Source: Bacteroidales bacterium (GTDB lineage: Bacteria > Bacteroidota > Bacteroidia > Bacteroidales > VadinHA17). Taken from it: a DNA stretch of 64,000 bases. The stretch is taken from contig JBNGDI010000003.1 of NCBI GenBank assembly GCA_049975425.1, positions 14,162 through 78,161 on the forward strand, written 5' to 3'. A model generated the notes under the pieces. It saw nothing but the letters and a program-made list of their open reading frames with translations. It was not told the origin of the DNA and did not search any database. A program made the translations under genes and the position numbers. This document shows, in pieces, positions 29,035 to 38,133 of this stretch. The number at the start of each line of letters is the position of its first letter. The first letter of the stretch is position 1.

Positions 29035-29042
29035 TACGTTTG
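29035..29042 (+). promoter_or_regulatory. Bacteroidota-type -7 promoter motif candidate for feoAB
   Basis: TACGTTTG matches TAnnTTTG and lies 32 nt upstream of the ATG at 29074. Confidence 0.35.
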
Positions 29043-29073
29043 CACTTTCGATGAAAGGGTAACCCGGTCAATC

Positions 29074-31533
29074 ATGAAGCTGTCGGATCTTAAGGTAGAA
29101 GAAGAAGGGATTATTGTCAAGGTGAAAGGACGGGGAACTTTTCGCAAAAGGATCATTGAGATGGGGTTTGTCAGGGGAAAGAAGGTGAAAGTAGTACGGA
29201 ACGCACCCCTGAATGATCCGGTGGAATACCGGATCATGGACTATGAAGTATCCCTGCGCAGAAGTGAAGCCTCCCTGATCGAGGTAATTACAGAAAAAGA
29301 AGCCCGTGAAGAACACCTCACTCCCTTTAACGGGGTGTTTACCGAAGAGCACCTCAGAAGTTCGGCACGCGAAAAAGGAAAAAACATACAGGTAGCCCTG
29401 GTGGGCAACCCAAACTCGGGGAAAACCACCCTGTTCAACTATGCCTCCAGCTCAAGGGAAAGGGTGGGAAACTACGGGGGAGTTACGGTAGATTCCAAAA
29501 CCGCTGTTTTTCGTCACAGGGGATATACTTTTCATATCACCGACCTGCCGGGAACCTATTCCCTTTCGGCCTATTCTCCCGAAGAACTGTTTGTGCGGAA
29601 GCATATTCTGCATGAAATGCCTGATATCGTGATCAACGTGGTGGATGCTTCAAACCTGGAAAGAAACCTGTATCTCACCACCCAGCTCATCGACATGGAT
29701 GTACGGACCATCATGGCCCTGAACATGTATGATGACATGGCCCGAAGAGGGGCCAGGCTGGATCACGAAGCCCTGGGGAAACTGCTGGGGATCCCCATTG
29801 TTCCTACTGTAGCTTCACGCGGAAGGGGGATACGGAATCTCTTCGATAAGATTATTGAAGTATATTCCGACGAAGACCCGGTGGTAAGGCACGTTCATAT
29901 CAATTATGGTCAGGAAGTGGAAGCATCCCTGGAAAAGATCCAGGATAAAATCTGGGAAAACAAGAACCTGACCGACCGGGTTTCCTCCCGGTTCTATGCC
30001 ATCAAGCTGCTTGAAAACGACCGGTCGGTATTCGTCACCCTTACTCCCTTTCCGAATTATCAGGAAATCAGAAAAACTGCCGTTGAAGAAATGGAACGGC
30101 TCAGGAAGGTTTTCAGGGAAGATACGGAAACCATCATTGCCGATGCCCGCTACGGATTCATTGCCGGAGCCCTGAGGGAAACCCTGCGCCAGCCTCTGCT
30201 GAGCCATAACAGGATCACCGAAGGAATAGACCGTATCCTCACCCACCGGATCCTTGGATTCCCGTTTTTTCTGTTGTTCATGTTCATCACCTTTTTCAGC
30301 ACTTTCAGGCTGGGGGAGTATCCTATGCAATGGATCGACAGCCTGGTCTCTTTCATTGGCAACCTCATTGACGGGAACATGGCTGCAGGTCCCCTGCACG
30401 ACCTGCTGATCGACGGAATCATCGGCGGGGTGGGAAGCGTGATCGTGTTCCTGCCCAATATCCTGATCCTTTTTTTCTTCATCTCCTTGATGGAAGACAC
30501 CGGCTACATGGCCCGGGCAGCTTTTATCATGGATAAGATCATGCACCGCATCGGTCTGCACGGCAAATCGTTCATCCCCCTCATCATGGGCTTTGGATGC
30601 AACGTGCCTGCAATTATGGCTACCCGAACCATTGAAGACCCAAAGAACCGCCTGCTGACTATTCTGATCAACCCGTTTATGTCATGCAGTGCGCGCCTGC
30701 CGGTGTATATCCTGCTGATCGGAGCCTTTTTCCCTCAGTTTCCCGGCCTGATGCTCTTTGCTGTATACCTTACCGGGATAATCATGGCTGCAGGTACAGC
30801 CGTGCTGTTCAACAAAACCCTCTTCCGGAGCCGGGAAGCCCCATTTGTCATGGAACTTCCACCCTACCGGGTCCCGACCATCCGCAGCCTGCTGAAACAT
30901 ATGTGGCACAAGGGAGAACAATACCTGAAAAAAATGGGAGGTGTGATCCTGGTGGCATCCATACTGATCTGGGCCCTGGGATATTATCCACGCCCCCCGG
31001 AACCAGCAGAAACAACCGGCAAAGGGACCACCCAAACGGCCTTGAACATGACACAGGAAACAAAAACCGGCGAAACGGAATATAATCCCGGAAGTACAGA
31101 AAAAAATGCGGAATCTTATATTGTCAGAATCGGGCACTTCATTGAACCCGCGCTGCGCCCTCTGGGATTCAACTGGAAAATGGGCGTCAGCCTGCTAACC
31201 GGCATTGCCGCCAAGGAGGTGGTGGTCAGTACACTGGGCGTGCTGCACCAGACTGAAACCCAGGAAGGATCCGATTATGAAACCCTCATCAGCAAATTGC
31301 AGGAAGAAAAATATGAATCCGGTCCCCAGAAAGGAGAAAAGGTGTACAATCCATTATCCGCCCTGTCGTTCCTTTTGTTCATCCTGATCTATTTCCCCTG
31401 TGTGGCCGTGGTGGCGGCAGTGAAAAAAGAAACCGGCAAATGGCAGTGGGCTTTGTTCATGATCGTATACACCACAAGCCTGGCCTGGCTGGTTTCGTTT
31501 GCTGTGTATCAAATTGGTAATTGGATCTTCTGA
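29074..31533 (+). CDS. feoB: Ferrous iron transporter, FeoA-FeoB fusion
   Basis: 819 aa. The N-terminal FeoA/SH3-like region reads LKVEEEGIIVKVKGRG..GFVRGKKVKVVRNAPLNDPVEY. The G domain reads IQVALVGNPNSGKTTLFN..DLPGTYSL, followed by a polytopic gate domain. Confidence 0.9.
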   Translation: MKLSDLKVEEEGIIVKVKGRGTFRKRIIEMGFVRGKKVKVVRNAPLNDPVEYRIMDYEVSLRRSEASLIEVITEKEAREEHLTPFNGVFTEEHLRSSAREKGKNIQVALVGNPNSGKTTLFNYASSSRERVGNYGGVTVDSKTAVFRHRGYTFHITDLPGTYSLSAYSPEELFVRKHILHEMPDIVINVVDASNLERNLYLTTQLIDMDVRTIMALNMYDDMARRGARLDHEALGKLLGIPIVPTVASRGRGIRNLFDKIIEVYSDEDPVVRHVHINYGQEVEASLEKIQDKIWENKNLTDRVSSRFYAIKLLENDRSVFVTLTPFPNYQEIRKTAVEEMERLRKVFREDTETIIADARYGFIAGALRETLRQPLLSHNRITEGIDRILTHRILGFPFFLLFMFITFFSTFRLGEYPMQWIDSLVSFIGNLIDGNMAAGPLHDLLIDGIIGGVGSVIVFLPNILILFFFISLMEDTGYMARAAFIMDKIMHRIGLHGKSFIPLIMGFGCNVPAIMATRTIEDPKNRLLTILINPFMSCSARLPVYILLIGAFFPQFPGLMLFAVYLTGIIMAAGTAVLFNKTLFRSREAPFVMELPPYRVPTIRSLLKHMWHKGEQYLKKMGGVILVASILIWALGYYPRPPEPAETTGKGTTQTALNMTQETKTGETEYNPGSTEKNAESYIVRIGHFIEPALRPLGFNWKMGVSLLTGIAAKEVVVSTLGVLHQTETQEGSDYETLISKLQEEKYESGPQKGEKVYNPLSALSFLLFILIYFPCVAVVAAVKKETGKWQWALFMIVYTTSLAWLVSFAVYQIGNWIF

Positions 31534-31548
31534 ACGGAGAAAGAAAAC

Positions 31549-31812
31549 ATGTGCATTTCAGAAATAATTTTTATTCATACCGTTCCTTTTCAGGAAGGAA
31601 TAACCCTGGTGCTTGTCGCCGCAGCCGCAATATACAGCCTGTATAAACTGATTATGCTGTTTGTGCCCGGAAAAACAACTGTTCAGGGACGGGAGCTGTG
31701 CGGAACCTGCTCGCACTGCCGGCATTTACTGCCTGATAAAAGAAAATACAAAAGACATTCTTTTTTCAGGAACATTCCTGAATGGCCGCCCCAACATAAT
31801 GACGGATTTTAA
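31549..31812 (+). CDS. FeoB-associated Cys-rich small membrane protein (candidate)
   Basis: It starts 16 nt after feoAB. One TM segment (ITLVLVAAAAIYSLYKLIMLFV) is followed by CGTCSHC, the architecture of the FeoB-associated Cys-rich family. The true start and length are uncertain. Confidence 0.5.
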   Translation: MCISEIIFIHTVPFQEGITLVLVAAAAIYSLYKLIMLFVPGKTTVQGRELCGTCSHCRHLLPDKRKYKRHSFFRNIPEWPPQHNDGF

Positions 31813-31820
31813 TTTTTTTA

Positions 31821-31828
31821 TATTTTTG
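31821..31828 (+). promoter_or_regulatory. TAnnTTTG promoter-like motif immediately upstream of the Cys-rich/TonB-receptor gene set
   Basis: TATTTTTG lies 12 nt upstream of the ATG at 31840, which would imply a very short leader. The evidence is weak. Confidence 0.25.
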
Positions 31829-31839
31829 TCATCTGAATC

Positions 31840-32304
31840 ATGAAAAAAGTCCGGCATATCCTGTCTCTGGTCATTGCACTGTTCCTGACAGCCGCTACCA
31901 CAGGAAGTTTTTTTTATGCCCACCACTGCCGGAACCTGCAGCAAACATCCATTTTATGGGAATACCCGGAAGAAAACTGCTGCAATCACCACAAATCATG
32001 CTGTACGGAAAAACCGGCCACCGGACCCACCGATGATCAAACGGTTTTCAGTCCCGTTCCATGCTGCTCTACCTACCCGGTATACCTGGTTCTGGATACC
32101 GATTATGATACGACCCGGTCAGACCAGACTGTACATCCCATCTCACAGGGAATGATCCTTCGGATAGCGTGTTTCCCGCAGGACAACCATACCGGCCACT
32201 CATTTCAAACCCTTTTCATTAGCAAATCTCCGCCCAGGCTGAGCGGGCGGAAGCTCGTTCTCTTCATGCATCAGCAAAAGATCCCTTCCCCTTCAGCAGC
32301 ATAA
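31840..32304 (+). CDS. Small exported/anchored Cys/His-rich protein (HYC_CC_PP-family-like)
   Basis: 154 aa with an N-terminal hydrophobic segment (ILSLVIALFLTAATTGSFF) and then AHHC, ENCCNHHKSCC, PVPCC and KSPP. Eight Cys and many His are present. The motif order resembles the Bacteroidota HYC_CC_PP family as I remember it. It lies directly upstream of a TonB-dependent receptor. Confidence 0.55.
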   Translation: MKKVRHILSLVIALFLTAATTGSFFYAHHCRNLQQTSILWEYPEENCCNHHKSCCTEKPATGPTDDQTVFSPVPCCSTYPVYLVLDTDYDTTRSDQTVHPISQGMILRIACFPQDNHTGHSFQTLFISKSPPRLSGRKLVLFMHQQKIPSPSAA

Positions 32305-32376
32305 GCATTCCTGCTTCGCCGGAACTCCGGTTTTGTTGTTTGTTTCAAGTATTCATTACTGAAGGAAAAAATCACA

Positions 32377-34593
32377 ATGAATTTCAGAATACTGATGTCC
32401 CTCCTTCTGTTAGGGGCCAACACACTCAGTAACGGACAATCCGTTACAGGATATATCTTTGAAAAAACGGAAAATGAACAGCCCGTTCCCCTGCCCGGGG
32501 TTAACGTTTACTGGATGAATACCACCCGGGGAACCGTAACCGATAAAAACGGATATTTTCAGATACTGAAGGAAGGCTCTCACGACCATATGCTGGTTTT
32601 CAGCTATGTGGGCCATATCAGCGACACGGTGCATGTTCACGAACCATTCGAACCCATCGAAATATACCTTCTCAATGAGCTTTCCCTCGATGAAGTCACC
32701 ATCCATGGAAAACAGAAAGGAAGCCATCTGGACAGAATGAATCCCATTCACACCCAGGTGATCAGCGGAGCTGGTCTGCAACAGGCAGCATGCTGCAACC
32801 TTTCCGAAAGCTTTGAAAACAGTGCCACCGTTGATGTAAACTTTACCGATGCTCTCACCGGGGCGAAACAAATCGAACTGCTGGGCCTGGCCGGTGTGTA
32901 TTCGCAGATGATGACCGAAAACATCCCGAATCTGAGAGGACTGAGCAGTACCTTCGGACTGGCCTATGTGCCCGGAAGCTGGATGGAATCCATCCAGGTG
33001 TCAAAAGGGACCTCTTCTGTGGTAAACGGCTTCGAATCGGTTACCGGGCAGATCAATATCGAGTATAAGAAACCTGAAGACAGCGAAAAACTCTTCCTGA
33101 ATTTCTACGCCAACCATTTCAGGAAAGCCGAAGCCAATGTGAACTCCTCTGTAAAGCTGTCGGAAAAATGGAGTACCATGGTCCTTGCCCACGGGGAATG
33201 GAAGGACCACTCCTCCGACATCAACGGTGACGGATTCATCGATATGCCCCTGATGAAGCAGTACAACCTGATGAACCGCTGGAAATACCAGGGAACCCGA
33301 GGGCTGGAAAGCCGGTTTGGTTTTTCCGTGCTCGGTGAAGAAAGAACCGGCGGTGAACTCCGTTACAACTCAGAACTGCCTTCCACACCGGCCAACGGAT
33401 ACGGAATCAGTCTGAATACCCTGCGGGTGGAAGGCTACAATAAAACCGGATTTGTATTTCAGAACAAACCGGCCACCAGCCTGGGCTTTATTACCCATTA
33501 CAGCCACCACCGCCAGTTATCCCTGTATGGATTCAACACATACGAAGGCAGGCAAAACAGCCTGTATATGAACATGATCTATCAGTCGTTTATAGGCGAT
33601 ACCCGGCATGAATACCGTACCGGCATCAGCCTGACGAACGACCGGTTCGACGAAAAAGTGAACCAATATCCGTATCAACGCACGGAGACCATTCCCGGGA
33701 TATTTTTTCAGTACACCTGGAAGCCACGGGAAGACTTTACCCTCATGACCGGTATCCGGGCCGACTGGCATAATCGATGGGGAGTGTTTTATACTCCCAG
33801 ATTACATCTCCGAACAGAAATTACTCCTTCCACCACCCTCAGGGTGTCGGCAGGCCGTGGGTTTCGCACAGCCAGTGTGTTTGCTGAGCATTCATTCCTG
33901 CTGGCCAGCTCCAGGGAAGTGGAGGTACTGGAAGAACCCGGACAGGAAAAAGCCTGGAACTACGGACTTACCCTCAGCCAGCATTTCTCTTTACTGGGTA
34001 CCGAATGGACCTTCAGTGCGGAATACCACCGAACCAGCTTCCAGAACCAGGTAGTGGTTGATGTTTACAGGGATCCGGCTGCCATCTCCATATATAATCT
34101 GCAGGGCCCCTCCTGGTCCAACAGCCTGCAGCTTAACCTCAATGCCACCCCGCTTACCCGTTTCGATGTGGTACTGGGATACCGGCTGAACGATGTAAAA
34201 ACCACAATCAATGAGGAACTGGTGGAGAAACCCCTGGTAAACAGGCACAAAGGACTGGTGAACCTGAGCTATGCCACCCGCCTGAGTAAATGGCAGTTTG
34301 ACTTCACCTGGCAGTACAACGGGGGAGGCAGACTGACACCCACCGGCGGGTTTCCACCCGAATACCGTCGCCCCGACCGGTTCAATCCCTATTCCGTTAT
34401 CAACACACAAATCACCCGCCGTTTCCGTTACTGGAACATTTACCTCGGAACGGAAAACCTGGGAAATTTCCGCCAGACAAATCCCATACTGGCATGGGAT
34501 GATCCATTCGGTCCTTATTTCGATGCCTCCATGGTATGGGGACCCATCGAAGGCAGAAAAATATATGCGGGTATCCGGATCAATATTGACTAA
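32377..34593 (+). CDS. TonB-dependent outer-membrane receptor with N-terminal CarboxypepD_reg-like domain
   Basis: 738 aa with signal peptide MNFRILMSLLLLGANTLSNGQ. The CarboxypepD_reg region reads VTGYIFEK..LPGVNVYW..GTVTDKNGYF. The plug reads LDEVTIHG..AACCNLSESFENSATVDV..ELLGLAGVYSQ, followed by a long beta-barrel ending ..KIYAGIRINID. Confidence 0.85.
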   Translation: MNFRILMSLLLLGANTLSNGQSVTGYIFEKTENEQPVPLPGVNVYWMNTTRGTVTDKNGYFQILKEGSHDHMLVFSYVGHISDTVHVHEPFEPIEIYLLNELSLDEVTIHGKQKGSHLDRMNPIHTQVISGAGLQQAACCNLSESFENSATVDVNFTDALTGAKQIELLGLAGVYSQMMTENIPNLRGLSSTFGLAYVPGSWMESIQVSKGTSSVVNGFESVTGQINIEYKKPEDSEKLFLNFYANHFRKAEANVNSSVKLSEKWSTMVLAHGEWKDHSSDINGDGFIDMPLMKQYNLMNRWKYQGTRGLESRFGFSVLGEERTGGELRYNSELPSTPANGYGISLNTLRVEGYNKTGFVFQNKPATSLGFITHYSHHRQLSLYGFNTYEGRQNSLYMNMIYQSFIGDTRHEYRTGISLTNDRFDEKVNQYPYQRTETIPGIFFQYTWKPREDFTLMTGIRADWHNRWGVFYTPRLHLRTEITPSTTLRVSAGRGFRTASVFAEHSFLLASSREVEVLEEPGQEKAWNYGLTLSQHFSLLGTEWTFSAEYHRTSFQNQVVVDVYRDPAAISIYNLQGPSWSNSLQLNLNATPLTRFDVVLGYRLNDVKTTINEELVEKPLVNRHKGLVNLSYATRLSKWQFDFTWQYNGGGRLTPTGGFPPEYRRPDRFNPYSVINTQITRRFRYWNIYLGTENLGNFRQTNPILAWDDPFGPYFDASMVWGPIEGRKIYAGIRINID

Positions 34594-34641
34594 CCATCCA
34601 GCGGAAAACGTTTCATAATGTCAACCAAAAAACCACTCAAC

Positions 34642-35025
34642 ATGAAAAAAGAATTCATTACAAGGTTCTTACTGGCAGCAACCCTTCTTTTGCTCTCTCT
34701 GCCCGGATATACACAGAAACCCCTGAAGGAAAAGCTTACCGTTACCTTTCACTCCAGTATGCATTGCGAAGATTGCGTGCAAACCCTTACCAAAAGCCTG
34801 GCTTTCGAAAAGGGAGTAACCGACCTGAAATTTGACCTGGAAAAAAACCTCATTACCATTGAGTACAAAAACTGGAAAACCGATCCCGGCAAGCTCCGTA
34901 AAGTGATCCTGGAAACGGGTTTCAAGGCAGAAGAAGTGAAGGAAAAGGAAAAGGAAAAGGAAAAGGAAAAGGAAAACAAAAAGGAAAAAGATCCGGGCAA
35001 CCAGGATGCTCCGGAAAAAACCTGA
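34642..35025 (+). CDS. Exported heavy-metal-associated (HMA) domain protein with C-terminal (KE)n tail
   Basis: ORF 34618..35025, with the start moved to MKKEFITRFLLAATLLLLSLPGYTQ (signal peptide). The HMA fold carries the metal motif SMHCEDC (MxCxxC). The tail reads EVKEKEKEKEKEKENKKEKD. Confidence 0.75.
   Translation: MKKEFITRFLLAATLLLLSLPGYTQKPLKEKLTVTFHSSMHCEDCVQTLTKSLAFEKGVTDLKFDLEKNLITIEYKNWKTDPGKLRKVILETGFKAEEVKEKEKEKEKEKENKKEKDPGNQDAPEKT
34941..34976. repeat. Perfect hexanucleotide tandem repeat (GGAAAA)x6 inside the HMA gene
   Basis: Read directly from the sequence: ggaaaa repeated six times at 34941-34976, in frame, encoding the KEKEKE... tail. Confidence 0.95.
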
Positions 35026-35072
35026 ATATTGAATATATTTGTTTATCCATTCAAACCACAAAATCTGAAGCC

Positions 35073-35666
35073 ATGAAAAAAATAGTTGCATTCGCTCTGC
35101 TCAGCCTGGTTATCGGCGCCGCCTGCCAGAACAGGGAAAAGAATCATGAATCCGCCAGTCAGCAGGTTACGGAAATAAGTATCCCCGATCTTCTGGCTCA
35201 GGCCGACCAGTATGTGGGCAATACGGTGAAGATCACCGGAATGGTCCAGCATGTATGCAAGGAAACAGGCAAAAGAATGTTCCTCATCGACCGGAAACCC
35301 GAAAACCGGATCCGCATAGATGTGAGCGGCGATATGGGGACTTTCCCTGTGGAACTGGAAGGAAGCACTGTAGAAGTAATTGGAGAAATGAAAGTATTAC
35401 GGATTGACGAAACCTACCTGCGGCAATGGGAAGAAGAGATACAATCGGGCGAGAAGCTGGCCGAGGATAAAAAAATCCACACCGGAGGCGATTCGGCCGG
35501 CTCGCATGACGAGAGCAGCCAGCTGGGAGAAGCCGCCGACCAGGGAACCCATACCGCAACAAAGGAGCAGATCGCCCGTTACCGGGAACAACTGGCTCAG
35601 AGCGACAGCGATCATCTGTCATTTTATTCGATTACCTGTCAGGAATACAGGGAAATTGAAGAATAA
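35073..35666 (+). CDS. Lipoprotein of unknown function
   Basis: 197 aa with the lipobox-like LLSLVIGAAC. The core VGNTVKITGMVQHVCKETGKRMFLIDRKPENRIRIDV..VEVIGEM suggests a small beta domain, followed by an acidic/Gln-rich tail. No family was assigned. Confidence 0.55.
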   Translation: MKKIVAFALLSLVIGAACQNREKNHESASQQVTEISIPDLLAQADQYVGNTVKITGMVQHVCKETGKRMFLIDRKPENRIRIDVSGDMGTFPVELEGSTVEVIGEMKVLRIDETYLRQWEEEIQSGEKLAEDKKIHTGGDSAGSHDESSQLGEAADQGTHTATKEQIARYREQLAQSDSDHLSFYSITCQEYREIEE

Positions 35667-35675
35667 ACCACCGGT

Positions 35676-36233
35676 ATGAAATTCAACTGGAGAAAATGGA
35701 TCCGGGTCATCCACCGTGATTTCGGTTATCTTTTTTTCGGGGCCACCATTGTCTATGGATTATCGGGCATTGCTCTGAATCACCTGGATGAATGGAACCC
35801 AAACTATATCATCGAGAACCGGGCTGTCCAGGTGAAATTCCCGGAAAATGTGTACGGGCTGTCGCGCGATGACGTACGGGAAATCATGGCACAGATCGGG
35901 GAAGAAAGGAATTTCAAGAATTTCTATTTCCCCGATGATCAGTCGATGAAAGTCTTTATACGGGGCGGATCGGTCCTGTTCAACCTGGAAACCGGCCAGG
36001 GTCTTCTGGAAAGCATCAGGAGAAGGCCCGTATTTCACGAAGTGAATTTTCTTCACTACAATCCGGTCAGGTTGTGGACCTGGTTTTCCGATCTGTTCGC
36101 AGGGGCCCTGATCGTTCTGGCCATGACCGGACTTTTCATGATCAAAGGGAAAAAAGGAATTACCGGCAGGGGGGCCTGGCTTACCGCCGTGGGAATACTT
36201 ATACCTCTTGCATTTTTACTGATCTATCTTTAG
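35676..36233 (+). CDS. PepSY-associated TM-helix protein
   Basis: 185 aa. WRKWIRVIHRDFGYLFFGATIVYGLSGIALNH is the PepSY_TM signature, and a second TM pair lies at the C-terminus (WFSDLFAGALIVLAMTGLFMI, AWLTAVGILIPLAFLLIYL). Confidence 0.7.
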   Translation: MKFNWRKWIRVIHRDFGYLFFGATIVYGLSGIALNHLDEWNPNYIIENRAVQVKFPENVYGLSRDDVREIMAQIGEERNFKNFYFPDDQSMKVFIRGGSVLFNLETGQGLLESIRRRPVFHEVNFLHYNPVRLWTWFSDLFAGALIVLAMTGLFMIKGKKGITGRGAWLTAVGILIPLAFLLIYL

Positions 36234-36285
36234 GGGGGAACATCCGGAGAAAATTTCTATCTTTCCCTTTCAAATATATTCATCC

Positions 36286-36762
36286 ATGGACTATGTTCTT
36301 CTGGCCCTGGCCATCGCACTGATGATCGTGGGATTGCTCGGTTGTGTGCTGCCAGTCCTTCCCGGCCCTCCCCTCAGTTACATTGGTTTGCTCCTGGTCC
36401 ACTTCACCCGCTGGGTCGATTTCAGCCCCCGCTTTCTGGTGATCATGGCCATGATAGCCGTTGTGGTAACAGTACTCGATTACATCGTTCCTATATGGGG
36501 TACCAAACGTTTCGGAGGTACCAAAGCGGGAATGTGGGGAGCCACCATCGGTATGGTGGTGGGAATATTCTTTTTCCCTCCTGTCGGCCTGATCCTCGGG
36601 CCTTTGATCGGAGCTATTGTCGGTGAAGCCATACGCGGAGCCGATGGCCGTCAATCCATTGTGGCGGGTATGGGATCACTGATGGGGTTCTTTCTGGGGA
36701 TCGGCCTGAAGCTTGCCGCTTCCCTTGCCATGACCTACTATTTCATTAAGTCCCTGCTCTGA
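36286..36762 (+). CDS. DUF456-like small polytopic membrane protein
   Basis: 158 aa. The LLGCVLPVLPGPPLSYIGLLLVHF motif and four hydrophobic helices fit DUF456 as I remember it. Confidence 0.6.
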   Translation: MDYVLLALAIALMIVGLLGCVLPVLPGPPLSYIGLLLVHFTRWVDFSPRFLVIMAMIAVVVTVLDYIVPIWGTKRFGGTKAGMWGATIGMVVGIFFFPPVGLILGPLIGAIVGEAIRGADGRQSIVAGMGSLMGFFLGIGLKLAASLAMTYYFIKSLL

Positions 36763-36833
36763 GAAAGGCCTCTTATCCTGTTTTGTCCCGGTTTTTACCG
36801 GAAACGAATCTTTTATTAAACAGATGAATATCT

Positions 36834-37280
36834 TCAGATCAAAATTCTTTTCATAGCCATCCATATCCATCCGAAAGGGGTGGTAGAGTAAAAAGGATGT
36901 GAACCGGGCCGGTATCCTTCCCTGATCAGGGAACGGATCTGCGGATGTTTTCTGTATACCGAAGCTTTTGACCGGACACCTGCCAGCCGGTAAAGAATGT
37001 GCATCAGCAGGACTCCTGCCAGTATAATCAGGAAGAAAGCCACAATCCCACGCTCAGTTTTATCAGCCAGAAGGTCCATGATCAGTCGGAAAACGGCGAT
37101 GCATAAAAAAGCCACCCTGAGGATGGTTCCGGTTTTATGCACACGCGAGGCAAAGCAGCTGCGGGGAATCAAAACCTGTTTTGAACGGGCCTTGATGCTG
37201 CCCGCAGGACCGGTTCCGCCGGCAATCCCGGTAGCCTGATGCAAATATATTTCCAGTGGATCTTCATCACGCCGGTCCAC
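36834..37280 (-). CDS. Hypothetical small membrane protein (start uncertain)
   Basis: The ORF has a GTG start at 37280; alternative starts are GTG 37142 or ATG 37079. Two hydrophobic segments are present (ILRVAFLCIAVFRLIM, GIVAFFLIILAGVLLMHILY). It lies 97 nt downstream of the LytTR regulator on the same strand. There is no family resemblance. Confidence 0.3.
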   Translation of the reverse strand: MDRRDEDPLEIYLHQATGIAGGTGPAGSIKARSKQVLIPRSCFASRVHKTGTILRVAFLCIAVFRLIMDLLADKTERGIVAFFLIILAGVLLMHILYRLAGVRSKASVYRKHPQIRSLIREGYRPGSHPFYSTTPFGWIWMAMKRILI

Positions 37281-37377
37281 ATGGGAGAACCAGCAGGATT
37301 CAGGTGATTAGGCATCTTTCATGAAGCACTTTTGAAAAGTCAGTTAGCAAACAAATATTCACCGCCTGCGCCGGCTA

Positions 37378-38133
37378 TTACATCATGGCCTCCTTCAGCC
37401 TTTCCATTCCCCCCTGGCTCATGCTGAGCTTCTCTCCTCCGTGCAACAGGGCCAGATAGCTCTCCCTGCCGTACTTTTCAATGCTCCGGATTTCTCTTAC
37501 AGCCACAATATACGACCGGTGTATGCGGATGAATTCCTTCCCGTCCAGGCGATCTTCCAGGTATTTCATGGTCATTTTTTTCATGTACCGCTCCTTCAGG
37601 GTATGTATCTTCACATAATCATCCACCGCTTCAAAATACCGGATATCGTCCAGTGAAAGTATATGGATGCGCGATCCTGCCTTCACCACCAGCCGTTCTA
37701 TATTCTTTACCTGTTCCCTGGCCGCATTCATCAAGCCCTGCACCCCATCGCCGGCATTCCGGCCGCCGGTACGCTGCACGGCTTTATCCACCGCTTCCTT
37801 CAGGCGTTCCTCCGAAAAAGGCTTCAGCAGGTAATCCACCGCGCTCAGTTCAAAAGCCCGGATAGCATACCGGTCGTAGGCTGTTACAAAAATCACGGCC
37901 GGCCATTCATCAAGCAGCTCCAGCATTTCCAGTCCGGTAAGCCTGGGCATCTGAATATCCAGGATCACCATATCGGGCCTGATTTCCTGAATGGCCTTTA
38001 ATCCGGTAAAACCGTCGTCATACTCCCCAATTATTTCCACAGAAGGATGATTGCGCAGGTAATACCTGATGATATCCCTGGCAGGCGCTTCATCGTCTAT
38101 GATCAGGGTTGTGAGTTTTCTTTCCTTTTTCAT
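37378..38133 (-). CDS. LytTR-family response regulator
   Basis: 251 aa. The receiver domain reads LIIDDEAPARD..PDMVILDIQMPRLTGLEM. The C-terminal LytTR DNA-binding domain reads IRYFEAVDDYVKIHT..FIRIHRSYIV. Confidence 0.9.
   Translation of the reverse strand: MKKERKLTTLIIDDEAPARDIIRYYLRNHPSVEIIGEYDDGFTGLKAIQEIRPDMVILDIQMPRLTGLEMLELLDEWPAVIFVTAYDRYAIRAFELSAVDYLLKPFSEERLKEAVDKAVQRTGGRNAGDGVQGLMNAAREQVKNIERLVVKAGSRIHILSLDDIRYFEAVDDYVKIHTLKERYMKKMTMKYLEDRLDGKEFIRIHRSYIVAVREIRSIEKYGRESYLALLHGGEKLSMSQGGMERLKEAMM

Noticed and set aside
34941-34976. The GGAAAA repeat as a CRISPR-like or mobile-element repeat
   Set aside because: The units are contiguous 6-mers without spacers, in frame inside a CDS. 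It is a coding microsatellite and not an array.
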